DNA of 64,000 nt. Source: Chloroflexota bacterium. Its GTDB lineage: Bacteria > Chloroflexota > Anaerolineae > Anaerolineales > E44-bin32. Below, one piece after another: positions 34,403 to 43,736 of the stretch. Position numbers and translations under genes: made by a program. The stretch's first letter is position 1, and every line of letters begins with the position of its first letter. Location: assembly GCA_022561215.1 (NCBI GenBank), contig JADFRQ010000002.1:5594-69593 (forward strand). Direction: 5' to 3'. The notes under the pieces are model-generated. The model saw only the letters and a list, made by a program, of their open reading frames with translations, searched no databases and was not told the DNA's origin.

Positions 34403-34713
34403 CTTGTGGTACTCATAAACTTGACTGGAGTCGATCGAAGATCATCCAATTAAGCCTATAACCTTAATATCGCCCGCCCATCCTATACATTCCTCAGATT
34501 AAGGTCAAGTTTCATCCATCTATCCTGGAAACCTTGCGCCTATTCTAAATGCATTGCGCCGAATCCATCCTGCGAAGTACAAAAGAGGTGATCAAGGATA
34601 ACTGCTAGGGGGGATTATGTACGATCAGAGATGATTGAAAAACCTCTGGACCCTGCTCATTTGTGCTTAACATCTCAAAATCAAGTGGAGGATCATCATA
34701 ATTGGGGTATTAT

Positions 34714-34736
34714 AATTGGAGCTATCAGCTCCAATT
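34714..34736. promoter_or_regulatory. Perfect 10-3-10 palindrome upstream of the Liv-type binding-protein gene (candidate operator)
   Basis: The palindrome is AATTGGAGCT-atc-AGCTCCAATT. It is preceded by a direct repeat of ATAATTGG at 34699 and 34712. It lies about 210 nt upstream of ATG 34945. Confidence 0.3.
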
Positions 34737-34944
34737 TGGAACCCTTTACTTCGGGTGTAATCGTTGATACCGTTCGCGTTTTATCACCATGCCGCTTGCA
34801 ACGCTGCTTGATAACAAACGGCAAAGATTCTAAGAGCTCGATTACCAAGAATCACTCTGTTGAGAAAGGAGGCCTTTCTTTCGCATCAAAAACTCTGGAA
34901 TCTATCAAATAGCTGTAGAAAATCCTAACTCACTCTAGGAGGAG

Positions 34945-36267
34945 ATGACAAGAAAAAGTTTTCTAACTATAGGGCTGCTCATCTGTGCGGCTCTCGTATT
35001 GGGCGCATGCAGTAGCGCTGCGACCGAAGCACCGCCAACCGCTGTGCCCGCGCCAGCAACGGATGTTCCGCCAGAACCCACGGAGGAGCCCGCCGATATG
35101 GGCTTGCTCATGGGAATGAGCGTTGAAGAGCTAATGGAAGCCGGATATGTGGTTATCGCCCCTGGCGATCCCATACGACTCGGCGCCTCTGTCGCACTTA
35201 CCGGCCCGATCCCAGATCCCGGTAGAGACATAGCCAATGGCAATGAAATTGCGATTGACGATCTAAACGCCGATGGTGGCTACATGGGCCACGCCTGGGA
35301 GCTTGTGCTCGAAGATGGCGCATGCGATGGCGACGCGGGAAAGGTTGTGGGGAATAAATTCGCCGCCGATCCTTCCATCGTTGCAGTCGCCGGCGGGACT
35401 TGCACTGGTGAGACATTGGGTTTGGCCCCGATTCTTGAAGCAGCTAGCATCCCCTTCGTGTCACCAAGCGCAACAAAACCGTCGATCACAACGCCGGACT
35501 GCAGCGTGTGCAATCGAGTCGCCTTGAGCGAAAAGCTGCAGGGTGAGTTCGATGCTGCTTACGTCTACAACACCCTTGCTATTACCAAAGTTGCCGTCAT
35601 GTATGACAACGGCGACTATGGGCTCGGATTGGCAGGCTTATTCAGGGATGCCTTTGAGGCGCTAGGTGGAACAGTCACTGACTTCAGCGGTGTTCAGGTT
35701 GGCGACACTGACTTCAGGGCCGCGCTAACTTTGATCGCGGTAAACGCTCCGGAATTGATCTTCTTCGGTGGTAACGCTCTCGAGGCTGGCCTAATTGTGG
35801 TCCAGATGAATGAAGTTGGTCTGGGCGACGCCGTCTTCATGAGCGACGACCGAGCTTTCTTGCAGCAATATCTTGATACGGCGGGCGATTTGGCTGAGGG
35901 CACCTATATCAGCTTTGTTGCCGGAGATGAGGTAGCCGAAGCCAATGAGATATTTGACGCGAAATATCTAGAAAAATTTGGTGTTAGCCCAGATGATCTT
36001 GGAACTTTGCATGGAAAAGCCTATGACGCCGTAAACCTCCTCGCGGACGCCATCATGCGCGTTGCCGTCATGGACGAAGGCGGTGAAGGCTATATGCTGA
36101 TCGAGCGTGAAGCGCTTATCAAGGCGATCCGCGAGACATCAGGTTTAGTCGGCCTCGCAGGCATTATGACATGCACTGCCATAGGCGACTGCGGCGCAGG
36201 TGGTATCCAGATCTTCCAGGTTCAGGACGGCGCGTTCGTCCAGGTTTCCGGCTTTGGTTTGGAGTAG
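34945..36267 (+). CDS. livK: Branched-chain/general amino-acid ABC transporter substrate-binding lipoprotein (LivK/type I PBP)
   Basis: It has lipobox LVLGAC, a Pro/Thr/Glu-rich linker and a Leu/Ile/Val-binding-protein-like core (IRLGASVALTGPI..IAVAGGTCTGE..). A GGAGGAG SD precedes the ATG. Confidence 0.82.
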   Translation: MTRKSFLTIGLLICAALVLGACSSAATEAPPTAVPAPATDVPPEPTEEPADMGLLMGMSVEELMEAGYVVIAPGDPIRLGASVALTGPIPDPGRDIANGNEIAIDDLNADGGYMGHAWELVLEDGACDGDAGKVVGNKFAADPSIVAVAGGTCTGETLGLAPILEAASIPFVSPSATKPSITTPDCSVCNRVALSEKLQGEFDAAYVYNTLAITKVAVMYDNGDYGLGLAGLFRDAFEALGGTVTDFSGVQVGDTDFRAALTLIAVNAPELIFFGGNALEAGLIVVQMNEVGLGDAVFMSDDRAFLQQYLDTAGDLAEGTYISFVAGDEVAEANEIFDAKYLEKFGVSPDDLGTLHGKAYDAVNLLADAIMRVAVMDEGGEGYMLIEREALIKAIRETSGLVGLAGIMTCTAIGDCGAGGIQIFQVQDGAFVQVSGFGLE

Positions 36268-36754
36268 CCCTTCCACAAAATGTCTACAGCTGAGATTATA
36301 TCGTTTGAAAAATAGGACAAAAATGGCAAGGGTTCCTTTCGCAACCCGCTTCACAAGGTTGGCAAAGCCCTGATAGGCCATCAGCTCGCGCTTAGACCTA
36401 CCGAAGAAGATGGTTTGATGGATGTGTACTTTGGCCGTCAGAAAGTTAACAAGGTCGATCTTAGAAACAACCGAACTGAGCCCTAGTAGTGTCCACCATG
36501 TCCTCGTACACCCGCCCACTATGTCTCCGGTCTATACACTAGGAGAGGGGAGTAAGAGGGGGTGTCAGCTTGCGGAAGGAGAATAGGACCAGGCCGGGCG
36601 AAGAAAAATCTTGCTCGAGAAGACGAAGATCAGTATCTGGAACGATTGCAAGGATGGTATCGAAGTTGCTCGCAGTGAGTAGGGAGGATCAACCTACACT
36701 TAAGCAACAGGTTTGGAATGGCTCCGAGAATGGTGAGACGATCAATTCGGATCA

Positions 36755-37915
36755 TCAGACGACATTGTATTCGTGGATTAATCGGCCTTCCGAAAACCGC
36801 GCCAGGGCGAGCTGGGAGAGGTCTACTGTCTTTGGTTTCCCTTCCAAAATGTACTCGGCCATAAGCTTTCCAGAGACCGGACCATGCATTAAGCCGTGAC
36901 CGGAGAAGCCTGCCACCACCCAGAATCCCTCCACGGGTGTGGGACCGATAATTGGGTGCGCATCTGGAGTAACCTCGTACAGCCCCGCCCAACCGGAGAG
37001 GCGCCCGGCATGCGCTAGGATAGGCATTCGTTCCGTCGCCGCTTGCAGGGAGACCAATTCCCATTCGGAATCCGTTGCTTGGTCGAATCCGGGTTCTTCA
37101 TCCGGATTGGACATTCCGGTCAGGATTCCTTCCCCTTCGCGGTGAAAATACAAAGACTGGGCGAAATCAATCACAAAAGGAAAATCTGGGGGCAGTTCCG
37201 ACAGGGGGGTGGTGGTGACCATTTGGCGGCGGATGGGCTGGATGGGTATCTCGAGGCCGACCATCTGGCCGATCAAGCTCGCCCATGGGCCGGCAGCGTT
37301 GACCACAGTCCCGCAGCTCACCGTCCCTTTGTTCGTGGTAACGCAGGTGATTCTCCCGGATTCCATCTCGATTCCGGTGACAGCCAGATCGGTGAGCGTG
37401 GATACACCGAGCCTGCGCGCGCGGTTAATGTAACCCATGACGACACTGTTCGGATCGACAAGGCCGTCTTCCGGGTAAAAGCTGCCCCCGAGTGCATCAT
37501 CGAAGAGCATCAGAGGCAGCCGTCTGCGGATCTCTTCTCCTGAAAGCCATTCCGTTGCCACACCCAGTCGATGCTGCATCGCGATATTCCTTTTGAAAGC
37601 CTCGACGTCGGTTTCATTTGTTAACACGAAAAGGTAGCCGCACTTTCTGTAATTGCAATCCTGGCCCGTCTCCGCACGGAAGCGCTCCAGCATCCCCAGG
37701 CTGAGGATGGAGAGTTGGACGTTAATCTCGGTGCCGAATTGGTGGCGAACGCCTCCTGCGCATCGGCCTGTGGTGCCGAGCCCAAAGCCAGAAGCGCGTT
37801 CCAGGAGCAGCACGTCCTTGGCGCCGCCCAGCGCGAGATGATAGGCGCTGCTGGCCCCCATCACGCCGCCCCCGATGATTACAATCCCCGCCTTTCTTGG
37901 GAGTCTTTCGGCCAT
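36755..37915 (-). CDS. FAD-dependent oxidoreductase, DAO family (sarcosine oxidase beta / D-amino-acid dehydrogenase-like)
   Basis: It carries a GxGxxG dinucleotide fold (GIVIIGGGVMGASSAYHLALGG..DVLLLER) and C-terminal AGFSGHGLMHGPVSGKLMAEYILEG. The start is set at ATG 37915, with GGAAGGGA upstream. Confidence 0.82.
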   Translation of the reverse strand: MAERLPRKAGIVIIGGGVMGASSAYHLALGGAKDVLLLERASGFGLGTTGRCAGGVRHQFGTEINVQLSILSLGMLERFRAETGQDCNYRKCGYLFVLTNETDVEAFKRNIAMQHRLGVATEWLSGEEIRRRLPLMLFDDALGGSFYPEDGLVDPNSVVMGYINRARRLGVSTLTDLAVTGIEMESGRITCVTTNKGTVSCGTVVNAAGPWASLIGQMVGLEIPIQPIRRQMVTTTPLSELPPDFPFVIDFAQSLYFHREGEGILTGMSNPDEEPGFDQATDSEWELVSLQAATERMPILAHAGRLSGWAGLYEVTPDAHPIIGPTPVEGFWVVAGFSGHGLMHGPVSGKLMAEYILEGKPKTVDLSQLALARFSEGRLIHEYNVV

Positions 37916-37952
37916 TTCCCTTCCTTCCCCTGGTATCGGCATCGTTATTCGC

Positions 37953-38942
37953 TCAAAGATGGATCACGGTTCCTAAATCTAATGCTACCGCATTCTCCAA
38001 TGCTCGGGCAGCAGCGACCACATCCTGGACTGCGATACCGACCGATTTAAACAAGGTGATTTGCCTCGGGTCTGTGCGGCCCTTTTCTATGCCTAGAAAG
38101 ATCTCGCCCAGCTCCGCGTGAATGGATGCCGCTGTGTAGTCTCCCGTTTGGATGGGGATGATCAGATCGCCGGTTTCCGCCAGGGCGGCTTCCCGGGAGT
38201 CAACAACAACGCGTGCCCGTTGAATGGTCTCGGCGTCGATCTCTTGCATCTCTGGTGTGTAGGAGCCGATGGCGTTGATATGGGTGCCTGGTCGCAGGTC
38301 ACGACCGTTAAAGACCGGGGTTGAAGAGGTGGTTGCCGTGCAAATGATATCGGCTCTGGCCACGGCGTCGGCAGCGCGATCGACCACGGTAATCTCGAGG
38401 GGAATTGGGCCGGTGCCCCTCATCTCAGACGCAAACACCCTGGCGCCAGGGGAGTCCAAGCTGTAGACCCACACCCGCTCAATCGAACGGACGGTGCAGA
38501 CGGCCTCCAACTGCGTCCGCGCTTGAGTGCCGCAACCTATGATGGCGAGGGAGCTGGCCTCCGGCCTAGCGAGCAAGTCCGTGGCCGCGCCGGAAGCAGC
38601 ACCGGTGCGAATAGCCGTCAGCGAACCGCCTTCCAGGATGGCGATAGGTTGGCCTGTTTGCGAGTCTAAGGTGATTACGATCGCATGGACTGTTTGCAGA
38701 TTATGCTCAAGGTTCTGAGGAAAAACGGAGACAATCTTGATTGCCATATCGCCTGAAGCATGTAAAAGGGCCGGCATAAAAAGTGAGGTGCCATTGGCGC
38801 CCTCTACGTGGATGCGACTGCGTAAAGGTAGCGTTACGCCTCCGCTGGATAGCTGCTCGAAAGCCTCTTTCATCTCTTCGATAGCATCCGACATTGGGAG
38901 AGCGCGAGCTACTTCCTCGGCATTTAGTATTCGAATTATCAT
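37953..38942 (-). CDS. Ornithine cyclodeaminase / mu-crystallin family protein
   Basis: The N-terminus is [35 protein letters not shown] Rossmann segment [17 protein letters not shown] is present, and the length of 329 aa is typical of the family. Confidence 0.82.
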   Translation of the reverse strand: MIIRILNAEEVARALPMSDAIEEMKEAFEQLSSGGVTLPLRSRIHVEGANGTSLFMPALLHASGDMAIKIVSVFPQNLEHNLQTVHAIVITLDSQTGQPIAILEGGSLTAIRTGAASGAATDLLARPEASSLAIIGCGTQARTQLEAVCTVRSIERVWVYSLDSPGARVFASEMRGTGPIPLEITVVDRAADAVARADIICTATTSSTPVFNGRDLRPGTHINAIGSYTPEMQEIDAETIQRARVVVDSREAALAETGDLIIPIQTGDYTAASIHAELGEIFLGIEKGRTDPRQITLFKSVGIAVQDVVAAARALENAVALDLGTVIHL

Positions 38943-39000
38943 GCTGTCTTATTCCCAACTTCTTTTGAGTGCGAAGATCAGGTCGGAAGAGTGTACTCAT

Positions 39001-39025
39001 CCGTGATCGGTGAATCCGATCACGG
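39001..39025. other. Perfect 10-bp-stem hairpin between livF and the OCD-family gene
   Basis: The hairpin is CCGTGATCGG-tgaat-CCGATCACGG. No adjacent T-tract exists on the transcribed (minus) strand, so it is not a canonical terminator. Confidence 0.3.
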
Positions 39026-39242
39026 ACATTCTCGATCGAACGAGGTTGTCATGTTCTGCTTGCCACATCTCATTGCTTGATAGCGCGATCTGTCGAGACA
39101 AGAGGGTATCATCGGCTTGGCGGATAGATTATCTGGAGTGTCCTCGCAGTCCGAATACTTCTAAAGAACGTTGGTAAGGGTTTGCCAGCCTGAGGTTTGA
39201 GGTCTCTAGCGGTTAACTAGGATTGAAGTCCACCGGAATCTT

Positions 39243-39971
39243 CTAAGCCTCACCCAGGTAGGCATGCCGCATCATGCTATCATTTAGCAGGCCCTGAGCT
39301 GTGTCGGCCAGAACGATCTTTCCTGTCTGAAGCACATAGCCCCGATTGGCGATCGAGAGAGCCATGTTGGCGTTCTGCTCCACGACGAAGATTGTCGTCC
39401 CTTGCTCATTGATTTGCTGGATAATTTCGAAGGTTTGCTCCACGAGCACAGGCGCCAGACCCATGGAGGGCTCGTCCATGAGGAGAATTTTAGGGTCAGC
39501 CATAAGTGCTCGGCCGACGGCGACCATCTGTTGTTCGCCACCGCTCAGCGTTCCCGCGCGTTGGTTAAGGCGTTCCTTCACCCGCGGGAATAAGGTGAAA
39601 ACTCGTTCCATATCCTCATCCAAAGACTTGCCGTTCGTCCGCAGGAAGGCGCCTATCTCCAGGTTTTCACGGACGGTCATACGTTTAAATAGGCGTCGGT
39701 TCTCCGGAACCATCGAGATTCCCATTTTCACGATCTCCATCGTATTCAAGCCGCTTATCTTTTCGCCGCCCAAGTAAACGGAGCCTTCCGTTGGTACGAT
39801 CATGCCGAGAATGGTTTTAAGGGTTGTGGTCTTCCCGCTGGCGTTTCCGCCCAGAAGGCAAACGATCTCGCCAGGAAATATCTCCACACTGAGGTTCTGG
39901 AGCATCAGGATCGGGCCGTAGTGAGTGGTCACGTTCTGGAGTTCCAGTACGGGCTTTTTCTCGCCGTTCAT
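39243..39971 (-). CDS. livF: Branched-chain amino-acid ABC transporter ATP-binding protein LivF
   Basis: It carries Walker A GGNASGKTT, signature LSGGEQQM and Walker B ILLMDEPS. The C-terminus is MRHAYLGEA. Confidence 0.9.
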   Translation of the reverse strand: MNGEKKPVLELQNVTTHYGPILMLQNLSVEIFPGEIVCLLGGNASGKTTTLKTILGMIVPTEGSVYLGGEKISGLNTMEIVKMGISMVPENRRLFKRMTVRENLEIGAFLRTNGKSLDEDMERVFTLFPRVKERLNQRAGTLSGGEQQMVAVGRALMADPKILLMDEPSMGLAPVLVEQTFEIIQQINEQGTTIFVVEQNANMALSIANRGYVLQTGKIVLADTAQGLLNDSMMRHAYLGEA

Positions 39972-40756
39972 GCTGCGTCCTTCGTCTTTCTCCCGAGGTA
40001 TGCCTCAAGCACGTGCTCATCCTGAGAAACCTCGGCATAAGTTCCTTCAGCGATCTGCCGGCCGTAGTCGATCACGACCACTCGATCAGAGACACCCTTC
40101 ACGACCCGCATGTCATGTTCGATAAAGAGAATGGTGAAGCCCCTTTCATCCCGAAGTCTGCCAATCAATTCCGTCATCTCCTGCGTTTCACGTGGATTCA
40201 TGCCTGCCGTCGGCTCATCCAGGAGCAGCAATTTTGCCTCGGTGGCCATCGCACGGGCGATCTCAAGGCGACGTCGATTGGCGTAAGAGAGCATGAAGGC
40301 TGGTTGATCATGTCGGTATCCGGTCAGCCGAGTGCCAAAGAATCCCAGTTGGGCTTCAGCTCGCTCTCGTATACGGGCTTCCTCAGCCCGATAGCTGGGG
40401 GGTCTGAAGATGGCGCCGAAGACCCCGCTGCTCCCACGCGTATGCTGGCCGACCATCACATTCTCCAGTACAGTCATATTTAGGAAGAGGCGCACGGTCT
40501 GGAAAGTGCGCGCGATCCCCAGTCCGGTGATCTGATGAGGAGACATCCCGACAAGGTCATGACCCCGGAAATAGATAGCGCCTTCATCCGGCGAGTAGAA
40601 GCCGGTCACCAAGTTGAAGATGGTCGTTTTCCCGGCCCCGTTCGGTCCGATGAGACTTACGATCTCTCCCTCCTCGATTTTGAGGTCGAATCGGTTGACG
40701 GCTGTCAGGCCACCGAATTTTTTTACAAGCTCTTTGCTCTCAAAGAATGCTGCCAT
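39968..40756 (-). CDS. livG: Branched-chain amino-acid ABC transporter ATP-binding protein LivG
   Basis: It carries Walker A GPNGAGKTT, a LivG-type insertion, signature-region YANRRRLEIARAM, Walker B LLLLDEPTAGM and IEHDM. The start is set at ATG 40756 (MAAFFESKELVKKFGG), 16 nt after the livM stop. Confidence 0.9.
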   Translation of the reverse strand: MAAFFESKELVKKFGGLTAVNRFDLKIEEGEIVSLIGPNGAGKTTIFNLVTGFYSPDEGAIYFRGHDLVGMSPHQITGLGIARTFQTVRLFLNMTVLENVMVGQHTRGSSGVFGAIFRPPSYRAEEARIRERAEAQLGFFGTRLTGYRHDQPAFMLSYANRRRLEIARAMATEAKLLLLDEPTAGMNPRETQEMTELIGRLRDERGFTILFIEHDMRVVKGVSDRVVVIDYGRQIAEGTYAEVSQDEHVLEAYLGRKTKDAA

Positions 40757-40772
40757 TATGTAAGATCCTCGC

Positions 40773-42515
40773 TCACCCCGACAACTCAGGATTGGCGGGC
40801 ACGGGGATGACTTCGGCTGGTTTCCCCCAGGCATCCTGGGCCATCTCGTCTTCATGCAATTCGCGCCCTCGTCGTACGCTGGGCAGAAGGCCCTCGGGGC
40901 GGACGATCATCATGTAAATGATCGCCACACCGTAGAGCAACAAGCGATATTCATCAAATTCGCGAAGCAGTTCTGGTAGTCCAACCAGCGCGAACGCTCC
41001 CACCAGCACACCTGGTATGCTGCCGATGCCGCCGATGATGATCAAGCTGAGGACGGTGATGGAGACATTGACGGAGAAGCTGAAAGGGAAAACTGTGTTT
41101 AGCTTAACCGCAAAGACAGCCCCGCCGAGGCTGGCGATCATGGCGCCCATGGCGAAGGCCAACATTTTGTAATAGATGGTGTTTATGCCCATGGACTCCG
41201 CCACCTGTTCGTCCTCCCGCATCGCCACCCATGCTCGGCCGACTCGGGATCCTTCCAGGCGCCAGGATATAAAAAGGGTGATCAAGCAAAAGAACATAAT
41301 CAGATAGTATAGCTCTTCGGGATCTGCCAGCTCGATTCCAGCGATGACCACATTGGGAATCTTGACGACTCCTTGGGCGCCGCCCAACACAGGGCTGAAC
41401 CAATCCGAGAGGGCCAGGAAGCGGGCGATCTCGCCGAATCCGAGGGTCACGATTGCCAGGTAATCACCGCGCATTCTCAGGACGGGTGCGCCAATTAGGA
41501 GTCCTGCCAATCCAGTGATGCCGATCACGAAGGGCAGTGCAGCCCAGAAGCTAAGTTGGATATTGGGCAATTGATCCGCGGATGTCAATATCGCGGTGGA
41601 GTAGGCGCCCACTGCAAAGAAGGCCACATAGCCCAGATCTAATAAGCCTGCTTTTCCAACTACGATGTTCAACCCGAAGCCCATAAGCACATATATTCCC
41701 ACCAAGACGAGCACGTCACTGGGAACCCGGCCTACCACCCAGGGAAGGACGAGAAGCAATACAAATATGAGTCCCCACGATCGGAATCGAACAGCGCGTT
41801 TTCTCGCTGGTGATGATTGATCCGGCTGTCTTCTTTGACGGTCCCGCAAGCGTTGGCTAGCATAAACAATAGCGAAAATAAGGGCGAGCATGACAGCGGC
41901 GCCCAAGGGTGTCAAACCTCTGGTCGTGACGAATTTTCTAGCGACGTTTACACCCAGACGGGAAAGGCTTAATCGAATCACCTCCGATATTAAGCCGGCG
42001 AAAGCGAACCATAACAGCGAGGTTACAATCAATCGGCGTATGTCACTGCGAAATAAGGAGAGGGCGCCTCCCAATCCGGATACGATTGTAAACATGGAAA
42101 GAGGCACGATGCTGCCAGCGAGAGAAGGTCTACCGAACGTTAGCAAATCTATTAGTTTTGGTGTCACGTTGACAAACACGGGGCGGAGATTAATGAGATT
42201 GGCGACAACGACCAGAACGGCCAAGAAAAGCCCCATAACAAAACCTGCTATCAGGCTGCCTGCGATCGCGTTGACGACTTCAGCCCGCCGATCTATCCCG
42301 TGTTGTCGAATGCCGGCTCTTTGGGCTCGAGTTGCGCTGAAATATCCAGTGATCAAGGCTATGATCACCAGAAAAGTGTGTGAAATTGAGAAAACGCCGT
42401 GGATAATGTCCCGATTGCTGAAGGTTTCAATCATACCGATGACGGATATAAATAGAGCCACGATACCGGCATAAAATCCTGGTTTTAGCGAGCTTTTCAA
42501 ATGATCAAGCGTCAT
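40773..42515 (-). CDS. livM: Branched-chain amino-acid ABC transporter permease LivM with about 240-aa extra N-terminal multi-TM region
   Basis: The C-terminal about 335 aa form the LivM core (GLNIVVGKAGLLDLGYVAFFAVGAY..LRMRGDYLAIVTLGFGEI). The N-terminal about 240 aa contain roughly six further hydrophobic helices. Confidence 0.85.
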   Translation of the reverse strand: MTLDHLKSSLKPGFYAGIVALFISVIGMIETFSNRDIIHGVFSISHTFLVIIALITGYFSATRAQRAGIRQHGIDRRAEVVNAIAGSLIAGFVMGLFLAVLVVVANLINLRPVFVNVTPKLIDLLTFGRPSLAGSIVPLSMFTIVSGLGGALSLFRSDIRRLIVTSLLWFAFAGLISEVIRLSLSRLGVNVARKFVTTRGLTPLGAAVMLALIFAIVYASQRLRDRQRRQPDQSSPARKRAVRFRSWGLIFVLLLVLPWVVGRVPSDVLVLVGIYVLMGFGLNIVVGKAGLLDLGYVAFFAVGAYSTAILTSADQLPNIQLSFWAALPFVIGITGLAGLLIGAPVLRMRGDYLAIVTLGFGEIARFLALSDWFSPVLGGAQGVVKIPNVVIAGIELADPEELYYLIMFFCLITLFISWRLEGSRVGRAWVAMREDEQVAESMGINTIYYKMLAFAMGAMIASLGGAVFAVKLNTVFPFSFSVNVSITVLSLIIIGGIGSIPGVLVGAFALVGLPELLREFDEYRLLLYGVAIIYMMIVRPEGLLPSVRRGRELHEDEMAQDAWGKPAEVIPVPANPELSG

Positions 42516-42548
42516 TTCGTTCTCTCTGATGAAAATTCAAAGAGGGCG

Positions 42549-43625
42549 TCAAGCCTTCTCTTCGGCCAAGCGCTCGCCTAATAATCCTTGCGGGCGGAAA
42601 ATTAACACGATCACAAGCATAACAATGGCGATCACGTCTTTGAGTTGATTCGCGGCGGGGATGCCCAGGCCCTGCAAGATCAGGTTTGGCCCTATGCCCT
42701 CAAAGACACCCAGGAAAAGTCCACCCAGCATGGCCCCTGGGATGTTTCCAATTCCTCCAAGAACAGCGGCGGTGAAAGCCTTAAGCCCGGGGACGAAGCC
42801 CATAAAGAACGATATTCCTTGCGGTTGATACACACCCCTTAATACGCCGGCGGCGCCGGCGAGCATCCCACCGATAGCGAATGTAATCACGATAACTCGA
42901 TTCACGTCGATTCCCATCAACGCCGCGATCTCCTTATCCTCGGAGACTGCCCGCATGGATTTGCCGGTTTTGGTGCGTTCTACAAACCAATAGAGTCCCG
43001 CCATCATCACCAGAGCAGCCAGGAACACGGCCACTTGAACGACCTGGATATTGGCGCCAAAAATATTCCACTGCCCCATCATACGTCCAAATTCAGGATA
43101 GACCTTAAATCCACTGCCGAAAAAGCCCCGAAAGGCATATTGCAAGAAAAAGGAGGCGCCGATGGCCGTTATCAGCGGGACCAACCGGGGTGCGTTTCTA
43201 AGAGGTCGGTACGCAATGCGTTCAAGCAAGAGGGCGACAGTGGTCGAAACGGCCATGGATAGCAACAGCAGAGCGCCGATCGTCAGGAACGGGTGGCGCG
43301 CCAGGAAGCCGGATTCTTCGAGCGCTTCGGCCAGAAAAACAGAAGTGAAAATTCCTGCCATGAAAACCTCGCCGTGGGCGAAGTTGATCATCAAAAGAAT
43401 GCCGTAAACAAGAGAATAGCCCAACGCAATCAGCGCGTAGATGCTGCCTTGAGCAAGCCCTGCGATCAGCAGGGCTAGCCACGTACTGGCCGAATAGCGA
43501 CCCGAAGCTAGTGTGCTGATAGATCCCCACAGGACGATCACGAGCACCCCGATCCGCAGCGCCCATAAGAGCAGCCCCGTCCATGAAAAACGTTTGAGGA
43601 ATATCCGTCGCGTTATCGTTGCCAA
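42549..43625 (-). CDS. livH: Branched-chain amino-acid ABC transporter permease LivH
   Basis: Recognised segments are QGSIYALIALGYSLVYGILLMINFAHGEVFM and the family-typical C-terminus. The start codon is TTG, with GGGAG 9 nt upstream. Confidence 0.88.
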   Translation of the reverse strand: MATITRRIFLKRFSWTGLLLWALRIGVLVIVLWGSISTLASGRYSASTWLALLIAGLAQGSIYALIALGYSLVYGILLMINFAHGEVFMAGIFTSVFLAEALEESGFLARHPFLTIGALLLLSMAVSTTVALLLERIAYRPLRNAPRLVPLITAIGASFFLQYAFRGFFGSGFKVYPEFGRMMGQWNIFGANIQVVQVAVFLAALVMMAGLYWFVERTKTGKSMRAVSEDKEIAALMGIDVNRVIVITFAIGGMLAGAAGVLRGVYQPQGISFFMGFVPGLKAFTAAVLGGIGNIPGAMLGGLFLGVFEGIGPNLILQGLGIPAANQLKDVIAIVMLVIVLIFRPQGLLGERLAEEKA

Positions 43626-43736
43626 ATCTCATCTCCCGAAAATTCAATTGTGAGCCAGGGGCGGCGTGCTCCCCTGGCTCACGCATAAACTACAAAGATT
43701 CAGGTTGTGATCCTTGGAAGAAGGACCAACCCTAAT

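Noticed and set aside
34631-34912. A 93-aa ORF in the yraN/livK1 divergent region.
   Set aside because: It has no SD and no recognisable motif. It spans the palindromic candidate operator. Its coding potential cannot be supported from sequence alone.
36145-36519. A 124-aa minus-strand ORF. The segment ..FFGRSKRELMAYQGFANLVKRVAKG.. vaguely recalls the C-terminal tail of some DDE transposases, suggesting a possible IS remnant.
   Set aside because: The resemblance is too short and too weak to support from memory. A third of the ORF is antisense to the livK 3' end. No inverted repeats or target duplications are visible. BLASTX would settle the question.
41890-42474. Long antisense ORFs inside real genes. 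Examples are 41890-42474 in livM, 5662-6189 in alaS, 4319-4810, 37043-37543, 46418-46939 and 11354-11908.
   Set aside because: Each lies fully within a well-supported gene on the opposite strand. Their translations are Arg/Ser/Pro-rich and low in complexity. These are typical shadow ORFs.
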